Virus record (IMG/VR): IMGVR_UViG_3300017917_001996
Coordinates: 186,001 to 250,000 of that record
DNA: 64,000 nt
Reading direction: 5' to 3' (one strand)
Positions 1-9,683 of the stretch are shown here, piece after piece. The notes below the pieces were generated by a model. It was given only the letters and a program-made list of their open reading frames with translations. It was not told the origin of the DNA and ran no database searches. Positions within the stretch are counted from its first letter, which is position 1, and every line of letters begins with the position of its first letter. The position numbers and the translations under genes are program-made.

Positions 1-1434
1 GGCACGGATGCAAACGGATATCTATCAGCGTGGCTAACTGGCGATGTAGCAGACATAACCGGAAGCACATCAATGACTTTGAATGCTTGGCATCATTTTG
101 CATTATCTGGTCAAACAGGATCTATTAATTTATTTTTAAATGGAATACAGCAAGGAGCAACTTATACAGGTGGAACAACTATCAGTTCTGGCGGATTACT
201 AACCCTGGGTGTAACGTCAACGGCTTTTCAAAATCTTTTGACAGGCTATTTAAGTAACATACGAATACTTAAAGGACAGGCGTTATATACATCGAATTTT
301 ACCGTTCCTACTGCACCACTAACAGCAATTGAAAATACAAGTTTGTTGACCTGCCAAAATACTACAATAGTAGATAACAGTACCAATAATTATACTATTA
401 CAAAAACAGGTTCTCCGTCTGTAAGTAGTCTAAGTCCTTTTGCAGTAGAGCCCGGTACGGTTCAATTGACAACCAATGGACGAACTCTTGATTTCCCTAT
501 CACTTTCGGTGAATTAACTAACGGATCAGGTGTAGTAAAATTAGATGGTGCGTTAACATTAGGAAGTACCAGATCTGTTACTCATACTATTGGTACCTTA
601 GATTTAAATGATTTTACTTTAACTGCATTAACGTATGTTTCTAATATTGGCAACAACAGATCTATTAATTTTAGATCAACGGGTCTAATTGTGTTGTCTG
701 GTAGCGCCGCAACAGTATGGGACACATCTACAGGTACAGGTTTCTCCTGGTCGGGTAACTTTCAAGTTAATTCAACATACGCCGGATCCACTGGAACTAG
801 AACATTTAACTTTGGAAATATCTCCGAAACATATGCACCTAATGTTAAGGTTAGCACAGGAGCAGGCGTGTTTAGTTTAGGTACTGCTGCTGATGTAAAA
901 GTAGTTACAGGATCTATAAATGACTTTGACCTAACTAGTTTTGCTGGTAACTTAAACAACAGCACAAGAACTATTTACGGTAATTTAACTATACCATCAA
1001 CTGGGGGAAATATAATTGCTGGTACTTCGACAACCACATTTGGTTCAACTTCAGGTGTAGTTAAAACTGTTAACACCAATGCTAGAACAACGGATTTTCC
1101 GTATACCTTTGACGGAGTTGGTGGTAACTGGCAGCTGACAAATAATTTAGTAACTAGCGCAAGTCGTATAGTAACACTAACCAATGGTACTGTTGATTTT
1201 AATCAGAAATCAGTAACCGCTGCTAACATTAGAGTATTAACTGGAAATGCTGCACTAACCAATTTATCAACGACATTAAATATTGTACACACCAGTGGAA
1301 ATTTAACAATCAATTCAGGAACCATCAATAGCGCAACAACTGGTACATATACATTAACAGCAGGTAATTTAATTTTGAGCGGACCTTTAAGCACTGGAGC
1401 ATTTACCAATAACGGTGGGGGAATTTTGTTATGA
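1..1434 (+). CDS. Tail-fibre/adhesin-like virion protein with LamG (ConA-like) domain and beta-helix-like repeats; 5'-truncated by the window; probably the N-terminal part of the next ORF
   Basis: Frame is open from position 1. LamG-type motifs WHHFALS...INLFLNG...GYLSNIRILKG. T/S/G/N-rich repeats (TTNGRTLDFPITF, LTNGTVDFN) shared with the downstream ORF. Confidence 0.7.
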   Translation, partial: GTDANGYLSAWLTGDVADITGSTSMTLNAWHHFALSGQTGSINLFLNGIQQGATYTGGTTISSGGLLTLGVTSTAFQNLLTGYLSNIRILKGQALYTSNFTVPTAPLTAIENTSLLTCQNTTIVDNSTNNYTITKTGSPSVSSLSPFAVEPGTVQLTTNGRTLDFPITFGELTNGSGVVKLDGALTLGSTRSVTHTIGTLDLNDFTLTALTYVSNIGNNRSINFRSTGLIVLSGSAATVWDTSTGTGFSWSGNFQVNSTYAGSTGTRTFNFGNISETYAPNVKVSTGAGVFSLGTAADVKVVTGSINDFDLTSFAGNLNNSTRTIYGNLTIPSTGGNIIAGTSTTTFGSTSGVVKTVNTNARTTDFPYTFDGVGGNWQLTNNLVTSASRIVTLTNGTVDFNQKSVTAANIRVLTGNAALTNLSTTLNIVHTSGNLTINSGTINSATTGTYTLTAGNLILSGPLSTGAFTNNGGGILL

Positions 1435-4400
1435 GTGACTTAACAGTTACTTCTTTTGTATCAACAGGAACCACTGCACGTAGCATTGATTTTAGTACTG
1501 GCAATATAATAGTGGCCAACAATGCAGGTGGTACATTAATTAATATGACTGCCACTGGTTTAACCGCTACCGGAGAGAGCACCGGCAATGGATTTATCGT
1601 TCAAAACAATAGCGCGAATGCTACAACATTAACCTTTGGGGCATTTACAGAACCCAACGCAATGAACTTGTCTATTGACCGTGGTACATATGCATTAACC
1701 CTAGCATCCAGTGGCGCATATAGAAACTTAAATTTTACTGGATTTGCAGGTTCTCTAACTAACGTAGCAAGTTCTATATATGGAAACTTGATATTGTCTA
1801 CTGGAATGACTCTAGTAGCTGGTACCGCTGCTTGGACACTAGCTGCAACAACAGACAATTGGACTGTCACCACAAATGGCAAAACTCTTGATTTCCCTCT
1901 TACCTTCGGTACTGCTACTAGTGCATTGGCTACCTGGATCTTACAAGATGCACTTACACTAGGAACAACCAGACTTTTAACTCTTACCGGCGGTAATTTA
2001 AATATCAATGACAAAACTGTTACAACTGGGTTGTTTGCTAGCAACAATTCAAATACAAGAAATATTAATTTTGGCAATGGTAAAATAGTCCTTAACGCTA
2101 GCACAGCCGTAACAGTTTGGACTACAGCAACGACCACAGGTTTAACTGTTTCTGGAGTTCCTTTGGTCGAATCCAGAGGTGGTGGTACAGCTATAACAAA
2201 AACTATTACACCTGGATCATTAAACGAAGCTAACGCTATTAATTTTAGCTTGCTTGAAACAACTGGCTCGGTTACGTATGTTATCACAGCCGGTGCAGTC
2301 AAGAACTTAACAATAAATGGTGCACAGACCCTTAGTAATACCGCGTTGAGTATTTACGGTCACATTATTCATGGCACAGGTAATGGCACCACTACTTTTG
2401 CTACTGGTACCAACGCATGGACACTGGCTAATACAGGTACAACTACTGGTAATAATTACGGTGCATTTTTCCCATCGGGCGGGTATTTAACTGTACCAGC
2501 TAATTCAAATTATGTATTCGATGGTGATTTTACTATAGAAGGTTGGATGTACTTTACAAATGTGGGCTTCGTTGACCCGCAAAGTTTATTTTGTATAGGA
2601 AACGTTAGTGCTGGGTTTGATGTTCGTTGGTTTAATAGTCGTTGGCAAATTAGTTTTAATGCTGGCGCCGGTACTGACATGGGAGGCACTGCTACAAATA
2701 ATACATGGATTCACGTGGCTGCTGTTAGAAGTGGGTCATCGGTTAAGTTATACATAAATGGCGTAGCCACAGGCACTACTATTACTAATAGTTCAACGTT
2801 GGGATATAGTAATGTAGCTCTCGGTATTGGCGCAGGCGGGGTGACTGCAGGAAACCCATTGCAAAACGGATATATTTCTAACTTAAGAATAGTAAAAGGA
2901 ATTGCAGTTTATACTAATAATTTTACTCCTCCTAGCGGTCCGCTTACTGCTACACAGAGTGCCGGAACCAATATTGCAGCAATACCAGGAACGGAGACTG
3001 TTCTTTTAACTTGCCAGAGCAGCACGTTTGTTGATAATTCGTCTTACGGAGTCACTCCTACTCAGGTATCTAATGCAGCAGTTTCTGCTTTAAGTCCTTT
3101 TACACTTTACTCAACCAGCACCAAAGCTGTAGGTCTTCGAGCAACTGTGGATTTCCCAATTACCGTAAACGGCGTTGGCGGAGAATGGGAATTAGATAAT
3201 AACTTAACATTGGGTGCAACAAGGGTATTCACTTTAACCAATGGTACTTTTGACTTTAATAATAGAACAATAACTGCCAGCGGCATAACTGTCTTAACAG
3301 GATCAGCAACTGCTCGAAATCTAATAACTACTCTAGCAGTTACACATACCAGCGGTAGTTTGACTTTGGGTTCAAACATCAGTACCGGAGCTTATACATT
3401 AACTGCCGGTAATCTGTTCTTGGGCACAAATACACTAACAATGCTATCGTTTGCTAGCAACAATTCAAATATAAGAAATATAGATTTTGCCACAGGCAAG
3501 ATAGTCCTCAGTAACAGTGCAACAGCAACAATTTGGACTACAGCAACTGTTACAAATTTAACAACTTCAGGATCTCGATTAATCGAATCTACTGGCGGAG
3601 GAACCAGCGTTTTAAAAACAATTAATCCTGGATCATTAAGTGAAGCTAATGCTCTTAATTTTAGTTTATTGAACGTTGGCGGTACAGTAACATATTCATT
3701 TAATTCTGGTTCAGTGAATAATTTATTAATTAACGGACAACAAACATTTGATAACACAGCTACATTGACTATATACGGTAACTATACACATAGCATCTCT
3801 AACGGAACTACAACATTTACTGCTAGACCAAGTGCGTGGGTATTTGCGAGTACAACGGGAATCAAAACAATAACTACCGCGTCTGCAACACACGAATTTC
3901 CTTGGACATTCAATGGTGTTGGTGGCACATGGTTATTGCAATCCTCGGTTACGCTTGGTATCAATGGTACACTAACTTTGACTAACGGAAATGTAGACTT
4001 AAACGGATATACACTAACCAGCGGTTTGTTTGCAACAGCAGCCGGAACTAAGTCGTTAATATTCAATGGCGGAACACTGGCAATTACAGGCTCTGGTGCT
4101 ACCACATTTAATAATGCAAATACCTCGCAGCTAATCCTTGATAAAGGTAGTAGTGTTGGTACAATTAGTCTGACTAGCGCCATCGCCAAAACATTTATAG
4201 GCGGCAACTTTGATTATTCAGGTGTTATTTTAAATCAAGGTGGCACAGGAACACTAACTGTAGCCGGATCAAACACCTTCGAAGATTTGTCGGCTACTAT
4301 TAGCACTACTGCAAACTCTACAATAACTTTTAGTTCAGGAACAACTACTACATGGAAAAAGTTTACACTCAATGGTACAGCCACATACCAACCAACTGTG

Positions 4401-5555
4401 GCTTCGGATACAGTTGATAGCCCGGCTACTTTCTACAAAGAACCAGAACCAAGTGGATTTATTACAGGTATTAACTACATTCGAGCACAGGATATAACTT
4501 TTACTCCTTTCGCAACAGATGGCACAGACTTTATACGCTGGCATATAGGAGCAAATTCTGTTATTGTCAGTAGTACTGGTGCCCTAGCGCAAACTTACCT
4601 TGCTGGTTCTACGCCTAAAGTCTATGTTATTGAAACAGGATCATCCTGGAAAGTGCCGAATGATTTTAATACTACTAATAATAGTATACACTTATTCGGA
4701 GGCGGTGGTGGCGGCGGCTCGAGTGTTAGCGCAATAACAGCCCGAATTGGTAGAAGCGCAGGAGCCGGCGGCGGGGGCGGCTATACTCGAGTAACTAACT
4801 TTAATCCAAAGAATTTAATTTCTGTAGATTATACAGTTGGTGCAGGCGGGCAAGGATCGACAATTTATTCATCGCCTGGGGGTAACGGTGGTTCTACAGT
4901 ATTTTCAACATTTAGCGCAGGTGGCGGATCAGGCGGTGCTGCAATGGCAACTTCGTTAAGCGGAGGAGCAGGTGGTACAGGATCCACAGCAAACGGCGGT
5001 GCAGGCGGTAACGGTACTGATGGTGGTTTAAGTACATATACCGGCGGCGGAGGCGGTGGCGGAGCAGGCGGCGTGTATGGCAACGGCGCTAGCGGAGCTA
5101 TTGGTGGATCCACTAATAGTGATTCAGTTGCAGGCGGTGGTGGTGGCGGTGGCGCAGCCAGCGGCGGTACTGCAGGATCCGCTGGATCGGGTGTTAGCGG
5201 CGGTAGCGGTGGTAACAACTCTTTTGGCATCGGCGGAAGCGTTTTCTCAACAACTGTTTTTTCACGAGCTTTTGCTGGTGGCGGTGGCGCTGGTTCTTAT
5301 GGTGGCGTGTACCTTGGCGCATCACCTAGACCTGCAACAGCAGGCGGTCATGGAACTGATATTTTAAATTCTGTTGGTGCTGGCGGCGGCGGTGGCGGCC
5401 AAAACCAACGAGCTGCTGGTGGAACAGGCGGAAAATACGGCGGCGGCGGCGCAGGCGGTGCCCGATCGGGGTCTTCTGGTCTTAATGGTGCTACTGGCGG
5501 CATTATCATTCAATATCTACCAGTTACACCAAAATTCCTAGGCTGGTTCAATTAA
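1431..5555 (+). CDS. Large tail-fibre/adhesin-like protein (1374 aa): beta-helix repeats, LamG domain, C-terminal Gly-rich domain
   Basis: Duplicated blocks (FASNNSNxRNIxF...PGSLxEANAxNFSLL). LamG motifs DFTIEGW, WIHVAAVR, GYISNLRIVKG. GGGGG-rich C-terminal third typical of phage fibre tips. Confidence 0.7.
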   Translation: MSDLTVTSFVSTGTTARSIDFSTGNIIVANNAGGTLINMTATGLTATGESTGNGFIVQNNSANATTLTFGAFTEPNAMNLSIDRGTYALTLASSGAYRNLNFTGFAGSLTNVASSIYGNLILSTGMTLVAGTAAWTLAATTDNWTVTTNGKTLDFPLTFGTATSALATWILQDALTLGTTRLLTLTGGNLNINDKTVTTGLFASNNSNTRNINFGNGKIVLNASTAVTVWTTATTTGLTVSGVPLVESRGGGTAITKTITPGSLNEANAINFSLLETTGSVTYVITAGAVKNLTINGAQTLSNTALSIYGHIIHGTGNGTTTFATGTNAWTLANTGTTTGNNYGAFFPSGGYLTVPANSNYVFDGDFTIEGWMYFTNVGFVDPQSLFCIGNVSAGFDVRWFNSRWQISFNAGAGTDMGGTATNNTWIHVAAVRSGSSVKLYINGVATGTTITNSSTLGYSNVALGIGAGGVTAGNPLQNGYISNLRIVKGIAVYTNNFTPPSGPLTATQSAGTNIAAIPGTETVLLTCQSSTFVDNSSYGVTPTQVSNAAVSALSPFTLYSTSTKAVGLRATVDFPITVNGVGGEWELDNNLTLGATRVFTLTNGTFDFNNRTITASGITVLTGSATARNLITTLAVTHTSGSLTLGSNISTGAYTLTAGNLFLGTNTLTMLSFASNNSNIRNIDFATGKIVLSNSATATIWTTATVTNLTTSGSRLIESTGGGTSVLKTINPGSLSEANALNFSLLNVGGTVTYSFNSGSVNNLLINGQQTFDNTATLTIYGNYTHSISNGTTTFTARPSAWVFASTTGIKTITTASATHEFPWTFNGVGGTWLLQSSVTLGINGTLTLTNGNVDLNGYTLTSGLFATAAGTKSLIFNGGTLAITGSGATTFNNANTSQLILDKGSSVGTISLTSAIAKTFIGGNFDYSGVILNQGGTGTLTVAGSNTFEDLSATISTTANSTITFSSGTTTTWKKFTLNGTATYQPTVASDTVDSPATFYKEPEPSGFITGINYIRAQDITFTPFATDGTDFIRWHIGANSVIVSSTGALAQTYLAGSTPKVYVIETGSSWKVPNDFNTTNNSIHLFGGGGGGGSSVSAITARIGRSAGAGGGGGYTRVTNFNPKNLISVDYTVGAGGQGSTIYSSPGGNGGSTVFSTFSAGGGSGGAAMATSLSGGAGGTGSTANGGAGGNGTDGGLSTYTGGGGGGGAGGVYGNGASGAIGGSTNSDSVAGGGGGGGAASGGTAGSAGSGVSGGSGGNNSFGIGGSVFSTTVFSRAFAGGGGAGSYGGVYLGASPRPATAGGHGTDILNSVGAGGGGGGQNQRAAGGTGGKYGGGGAGGARSGSSGLNGATGGIIIQYLPVTPKFLGWFN

Positions 5556-5558
5556 TTT

Positions 5559-5587
5559 TTGACAAAACTAAAACTAGGCTATATAAT
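5559..5587 (+). promoter_or_regulatory. sigma70-type promoter, probably leaderless
   Basis: TTGACA(5559)-N17-TATAAT(5582-5587); ATG 5 nt downstream; no SD. Confidence 0.8.
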
Positions 5588-5592
5588 AGCGT

Positions 5593-8500
5593 ATGAAAAT
5601 TGCTATTATAGATATAATTGGGCTTCCGTATGATGGTACAACGGTACACAATCAAGGACTAGGCGGAAGTGAAAGCGCAGTAACATTCATGGCCGAGCAG
5701 CTGGCTCGGTTGAATTTTGATGTAACTGTTTTTAATAACTGCAACATTGATCACGCCCGTCCTGGGGTATATTCGGGTGTACTGTATAGACCACTTGAAG
5801 ATCTAACTCAAGATCACGAGTTTGATATTGTTATTAGCAGCCGAACTATAATTCCATTTGTTGACCCACACAGGTATCACGAACTTAACGACAATCGTGC
5901 ATTTGCACTGCAACACTATAATCTCTATGACCGTGTAGTCTCCCGAGCACAAATGAGAATTCTTTGGATGCATGACACCTTTTGTCTAGGTGATAACATG
6001 ATCGAAGAGTTGGCTGTCAGCAATCGGATTACCGATATCTTTACACTAAGTGACTTTCATCTAACCTATGTGGCTAACTGCCATCACGGACGCCGCAGAA
6101 ATTTTGAAGTACTTAAACCAAAGTTGTTTATTACTAGAAACGGTGCTAACTGTTATCACAAAGAAATCGATCTAAAGAAAAAAGACCCAAATCTCTTTGT
6201 CTATAATGCCAGTGTGACCAAAGGAATGATACCCTTGGTTAATGAAGTTTGGCCAAGATTAAAAGCACAAATACCCGAAGCTCGGTTAAAGGTAATCGGT
6301 GGTTATTACAGATTTAGCGAAAGCTCGGGACCCGATCAGCAAGAACAAGATTGGCGACGAATGGTTGCTGATTCAAGGTATGCTGAGTTGGATATTGAGT
6401 TCACCGGAGTTATTCCACAAAAAGCAATCGGTGACATCTTAGCAGAATCTAATTTTATGATATACCCAACGGCGTTTCCTGAAACGTTTGGAATATCAAC
6501 ATTAGAATCATTACTTTACAATACTCCAGCAATTACTTGTAGATTCGGTGCTCTTGAAGAAATTGCAGTCGAAGGTGCTTGTTACCTAATAGACTATGCC
6601 GTTGAACCTAACAGTTTATTTCCTGATATCAATCGAGTTGAGCAAGTACAAAAATTTGTAGACCTGGCTGTACGTGCTTATCGTGATCCATATCTACATC
6701 AACAAAAACAACAATACTGTAACGTGGTCAAAGACATCGCTGGTTGGGATAGTGTAGCTCTACAGTGGAAGCAGCATTTCTATAAGAAAGCTGGAGAGTA
6801 TTTGTCGCGAGACGAATATCGTGCTGTGAGCAAAATCAATCACAAAGTGCACAAAATTTGGAATCGTCGATACACTAACCCTATAGAGTTTGAACACTAC
6901 AAGCCGGGTAATGAACAACCCATTGTGGTTGTGAGTACATTCTATAACTGTGCCAACTACATTGCACGTTGCATCAAAAGTGTAGCCTCTCAAGATTACG
7001 ATAATTACAGTGTCTACCTGGTTAATGATGCCAGCACAGACAACACGCTAGAAGTAATCAACCAAACATTATCCACATTGCCTGTGGATATTAGATCAAA
7101 GTTTAAAACAATCAATCGTGATACAAATGTTGGTGCAGTAAAAAATCAAGTTGAAGTATTTAGAAGTATTCGAGATCCTGAATCAATTGTTATGATTCTA
7201 GATGGCGACGACAGTTTAATAAACAACAATTCCATTTTTAGCTACTACAATTCTATCTATGATGGAACAACAGAGTTTACCTATGGTAGCTGTTGGAGTA
7301 TGGTTGACCGCATACCTTTGATCAGCCAACCTTATCCAGAACACATCAAACAGTCTCGAGCATATAGAGAGCATAGGTTTAATTGGAATATGCCTTACAC
7401 GCATCTTCGCACATTTAAACAATATTTGATTAACAATATTAACAATTCGGTATTCAAGGATCAAGATGGTAATTGGTTCCGTGCTGGCGGCGATGGTGCT
7501 ACTTTTTATAACTTAATTGAAGCAGCTGATCCAGATAAGGTTAAATGCTTACAGGAAGTTGTCTATAACTACAACGACACTAATCCACTGAATGATTACA
7601 AGATAAATGGTCACGAACAAAATAAAACTGCCGATGCTATTCTAAATCAAAAGAAAACAGAAAGCAAATTGTATTCGGTGATTGTTCCTACAATGTGGAA
7701 GACTGCTAAAACATTTGCAGGCTTTGCCAAATCTTTGTGTGCACACCCGTTAGTGGGCGAATTAATCATTATTAATAATCAAAGTGAGTTGACCCCTGAA
7801 GGACTCAACAATCCTAAAATTAGAATGATCGATCCGGGCAGAAATATCTATGTTAATCCTGCCTGGAACCTAGGAGTAAAAACAAGCAGATACGATCGTT
7901 TGTGTATTGTCAATGACGATGTTATATTTGATCTGACTGTACTAGAACGATTAAAAGATAGGCTAACACCCGAATCAGGAGTATTTGGACTTTGTCCTGG
8001 TGTAGCCGATTTTAACCAACCTCCGGTTATTAACGGTAATATCGATATTATTCCATGGTCTGGCCAACACACCTACGGCTTTGGTTGCTTGATGTTTATA
8101 CACAAAAAGTCTTGGCGAGAGATTCCTGCAGGATTAGAAATTTACTATGGCGACAACTTTATCTTTGACTTGCAGCTACATGAAAAGAAAACTAACTATC
8201 TAATAACCAACATGTTGTTCAAGTCCCAGTTTGCAGCCACGACATCAGACAAATCTATTACTGCTGGATTCTTAGAAAAAGAAACACCGATTTACGAACA
8301 AATAAAAAGCCAAGGATTTACAACTAAAAAACAAGAGATAGCACCTGCTATAAACAAAACCGCAATGCCTAAAAAAAGAATTTTAATTGCTATCCCTACT
8401 GCACGTAACATAGAAGCAGAAACATTTAAAAGCATATATGATTTAGAAATACCCGAAGGGTATACTGCCACGTTCCAATACTTCTATGGTTACAACGTTG

Positions 8501-9651
8501 ATCAAGTTAGAAATCTGATTGCTGATTGGGTAGTTAGAGGATTTGATTATTTGTTTAGTGTAGACAGTGATATTGCATTTCCGCCAGACACTTTGAAGAA
8601 GTTATTAGCACACGATAAAGACATGGTTTCTGGTTTGTATATTCAGCGCAAGCCCGGGCAGCATATCTTAGAAGTCTATGAGCATAATGGTCGAGGTGGT
8701 TCGAGTAACATACCCTATGAGAAAATTGTTGGACGAGGATTAGTAGAAATTGCCGGCTGCGGCTTTGGTTGTGTGCTAGTTAAAGCCGAAGTAATGCGAG
8801 CCATTCCTTACCCGCATTTTGTTTATCATAGTGCAATCGACCATAAAGACACTATCAGCGAAGATGTTGATTTTTGCCGTAAAGTGTTAGCTAAAAACTT
8901 TAAGATCTGGGCTGACACAACAGTGCAGTGCCGACATATTGGTTCAGCCGAGTTTGTTATTAACAACAACATTAAGCCAGTATCTGCCGAATCGAGACTT
9001 AGAGAATTACACAGTCAACGACTATTGCCACAAGCACATGTTGAATACTTGCAAAGACTAGCAGCATTGGGATTAAATCCTCCTGTGATATATGATCTCG
9101 GTGCTTGTGTGTTACATTGGACCAACGAAGCTCGTAGAATATGGCCCAATGCAAAGTACTATGCATTCGAAGCCATGAGCAGTTGCGAGTTCTTATACAA
9201 AGAAGATGGTATCGAGTACGCTATGGGTTTGCTCAGCGATGTCGATGGCAAAGAATTAGACTTTTATCAAAATGAAGAACATCCCGGCGGTAACAGTTAT
9301 TATCGAGAAAACTCAGAGGTGAATCCGCAGGCTCCTATGTATTTTAATGAATCTCATCGACGTCGTTTAATTAGTCGTAGTCTAGACAGCCTGGTAAAAG
9401 AAAAAGGTTTTGCTATGCCTGCCTTATTAAAAATGGACATACAAGGTGCTGAACTAGATGTACTACGCGGCTCTACACAGGTACTTCAGTCCGTGACTGA
9501 TGTTATCTTAGAGTTGCAAGTTGTTGAATACAATAAAGGTGCACCACTTCGAGATACCGTATTAGCATATATGGACAGTATCGGTTTTGACTGTATAGGT
9601 ATGTTCTGTAATAACGGTCCAGACGGGGACTATCATTTCAGAAAAAGATGA
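5593..9651 (+). CDS. Multidomain glycosyltransferase-methyltransferase fusion: GT-B (GT4-like), three GT-A (GT2-like) and an FkbM-type methyltransferase
   Basis: GT-B motifs GLGGSE and FPETFGISTLE; GT-A DxD motifs ILDGDD, IVNDDV, FSVDSDI; FkbM motifs IYDLGA and LKMDIQGAEL. Confidence 0.8.
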   Translation: MKIAIIDIIGLPYDGTTVHNQGLGGSESAVTFMAEQLARLNFDVTVFNNCNIDHARPGVYSGVLYRPLEDLTQDHEFDIVISSRTIIPFVDPHRYHELNDNRAFALQHYNLYDRVVSRAQMRILWMHDTFCLGDNMIEELAVSNRITDIFTLSDFHLTYVANCHHGRRRNFEVLKPKLFITRNGANCYHKEIDLKKKDPNLFVYNASVTKGMIPLVNEVWPRLKAQIPEARLKVIGGYYRFSESSGPDQQEQDWRRMVADSRYAELDIEFTGVIPQKAIGDILAESNFMIYPTAFPETFGISTLESLLYNTPAITCRFGALEEIAVEGACYLIDYAVEPNSLFPDINRVEQVQKFVDLAVRAYRDPYLHQQKQQYCNVVKDIAGWDSVALQWKQHFYKKAGEYLSRDEYRAVSKINHKVHKIWNRRYTNPIEFEHYKPGNEQPIVVVSTFYNCANYIARCIKSVASQDYDNYSVYLVNDASTDNTLEVINQTLSTLPVDIRSKFKTINRDTNVGAVKNQVEVFRSIRDPESIVMILDGDDSLINNNSIFSYYNSIYDGTTEFTYGSCWSMVDRIPLISQPYPEHIKQSRAYREHRFNWNMPYTHLRTFKQYLINNINNSVFKDQDGNWFRAGGDGATFYNLIEAADPDKVKCLQEVVYNYNDTNPLNDYKINGHEQNKTADAILNQKKTESKLYSVIVPTMWKTAKTFAGFAKSLCAHPLVGELIIINNQSELTPEGLNNPKIRMIDPGRNIYVNPAWNLGVKTSRYDRLCIVNDDVIFDLTVLERLKDRLTPESGVFGLCPGVADFNQPPVINGNIDIIPWSGQHTYGFGCLMFIHKKSWREIPAGLEIYYGDNFIFDLQLHEKKTNYLITNMLFKSQFAATTSDKSITAGFLEKETPIYEQIKSQGFTTKKQEIAPAINKTAMPKKRILIAIPTARNIEAETFKSIYDLEIPEGYTATFQYFYGYNVDQVRNLIADWVVRGFDYLFSVDSDIAFPPDTLKKLLAHDKDMVSGLYIQRKPGQHILEVYEHNGRGGSSNIPYEKIVGRGLVEIAGCGFGCVLVKAEVMRAIPYPHFVYHSAIDHKDTISEDVDFCRKVLAKNFKIWADTTVQCRHIGSAEFVINNNIKPVSAESRLRELHSQRLLPQAHVEYLQRLAALGLNPPVIYDLGACVLHWTNEARRIWPNAKYYAFEAMSSCEFLYKEDGIEYAMGLLSDVDGKELDFYQNEEHPGGNSYYRENSEVNPQAPMYFNESHRRRLISRSLDSLVKEKGFAMPALLKMDIQGAELDVLRGSTQVLQSVTDVILELQVVEYNKGAPLRDTVLAYMDSIGFDCIGMFCNNGPDGDYHFRKR

Positions 9652-9653
9652 AA

Positions 9654-9679
9654 CTAAATATCTAATACTAGATATTTAG
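9654..9679 (+). promoter_or_regulatory. Late-type promoter (CTAAATA) inside a perfect 11-bp inverted repeat
   Basis: CTAAATATCTA-ATAC-TAGATATTTAG, ending 4 nt before ATG 9684. Confidence 0.6.
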
Positions 9680-9683
9680 AAAT

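Noticed and set aside
4865-5230. Pro-rich minus-strand ORFs (also 10313-10603)
   Set aside because: Antisense shadows of Gly-rich coding sequence.
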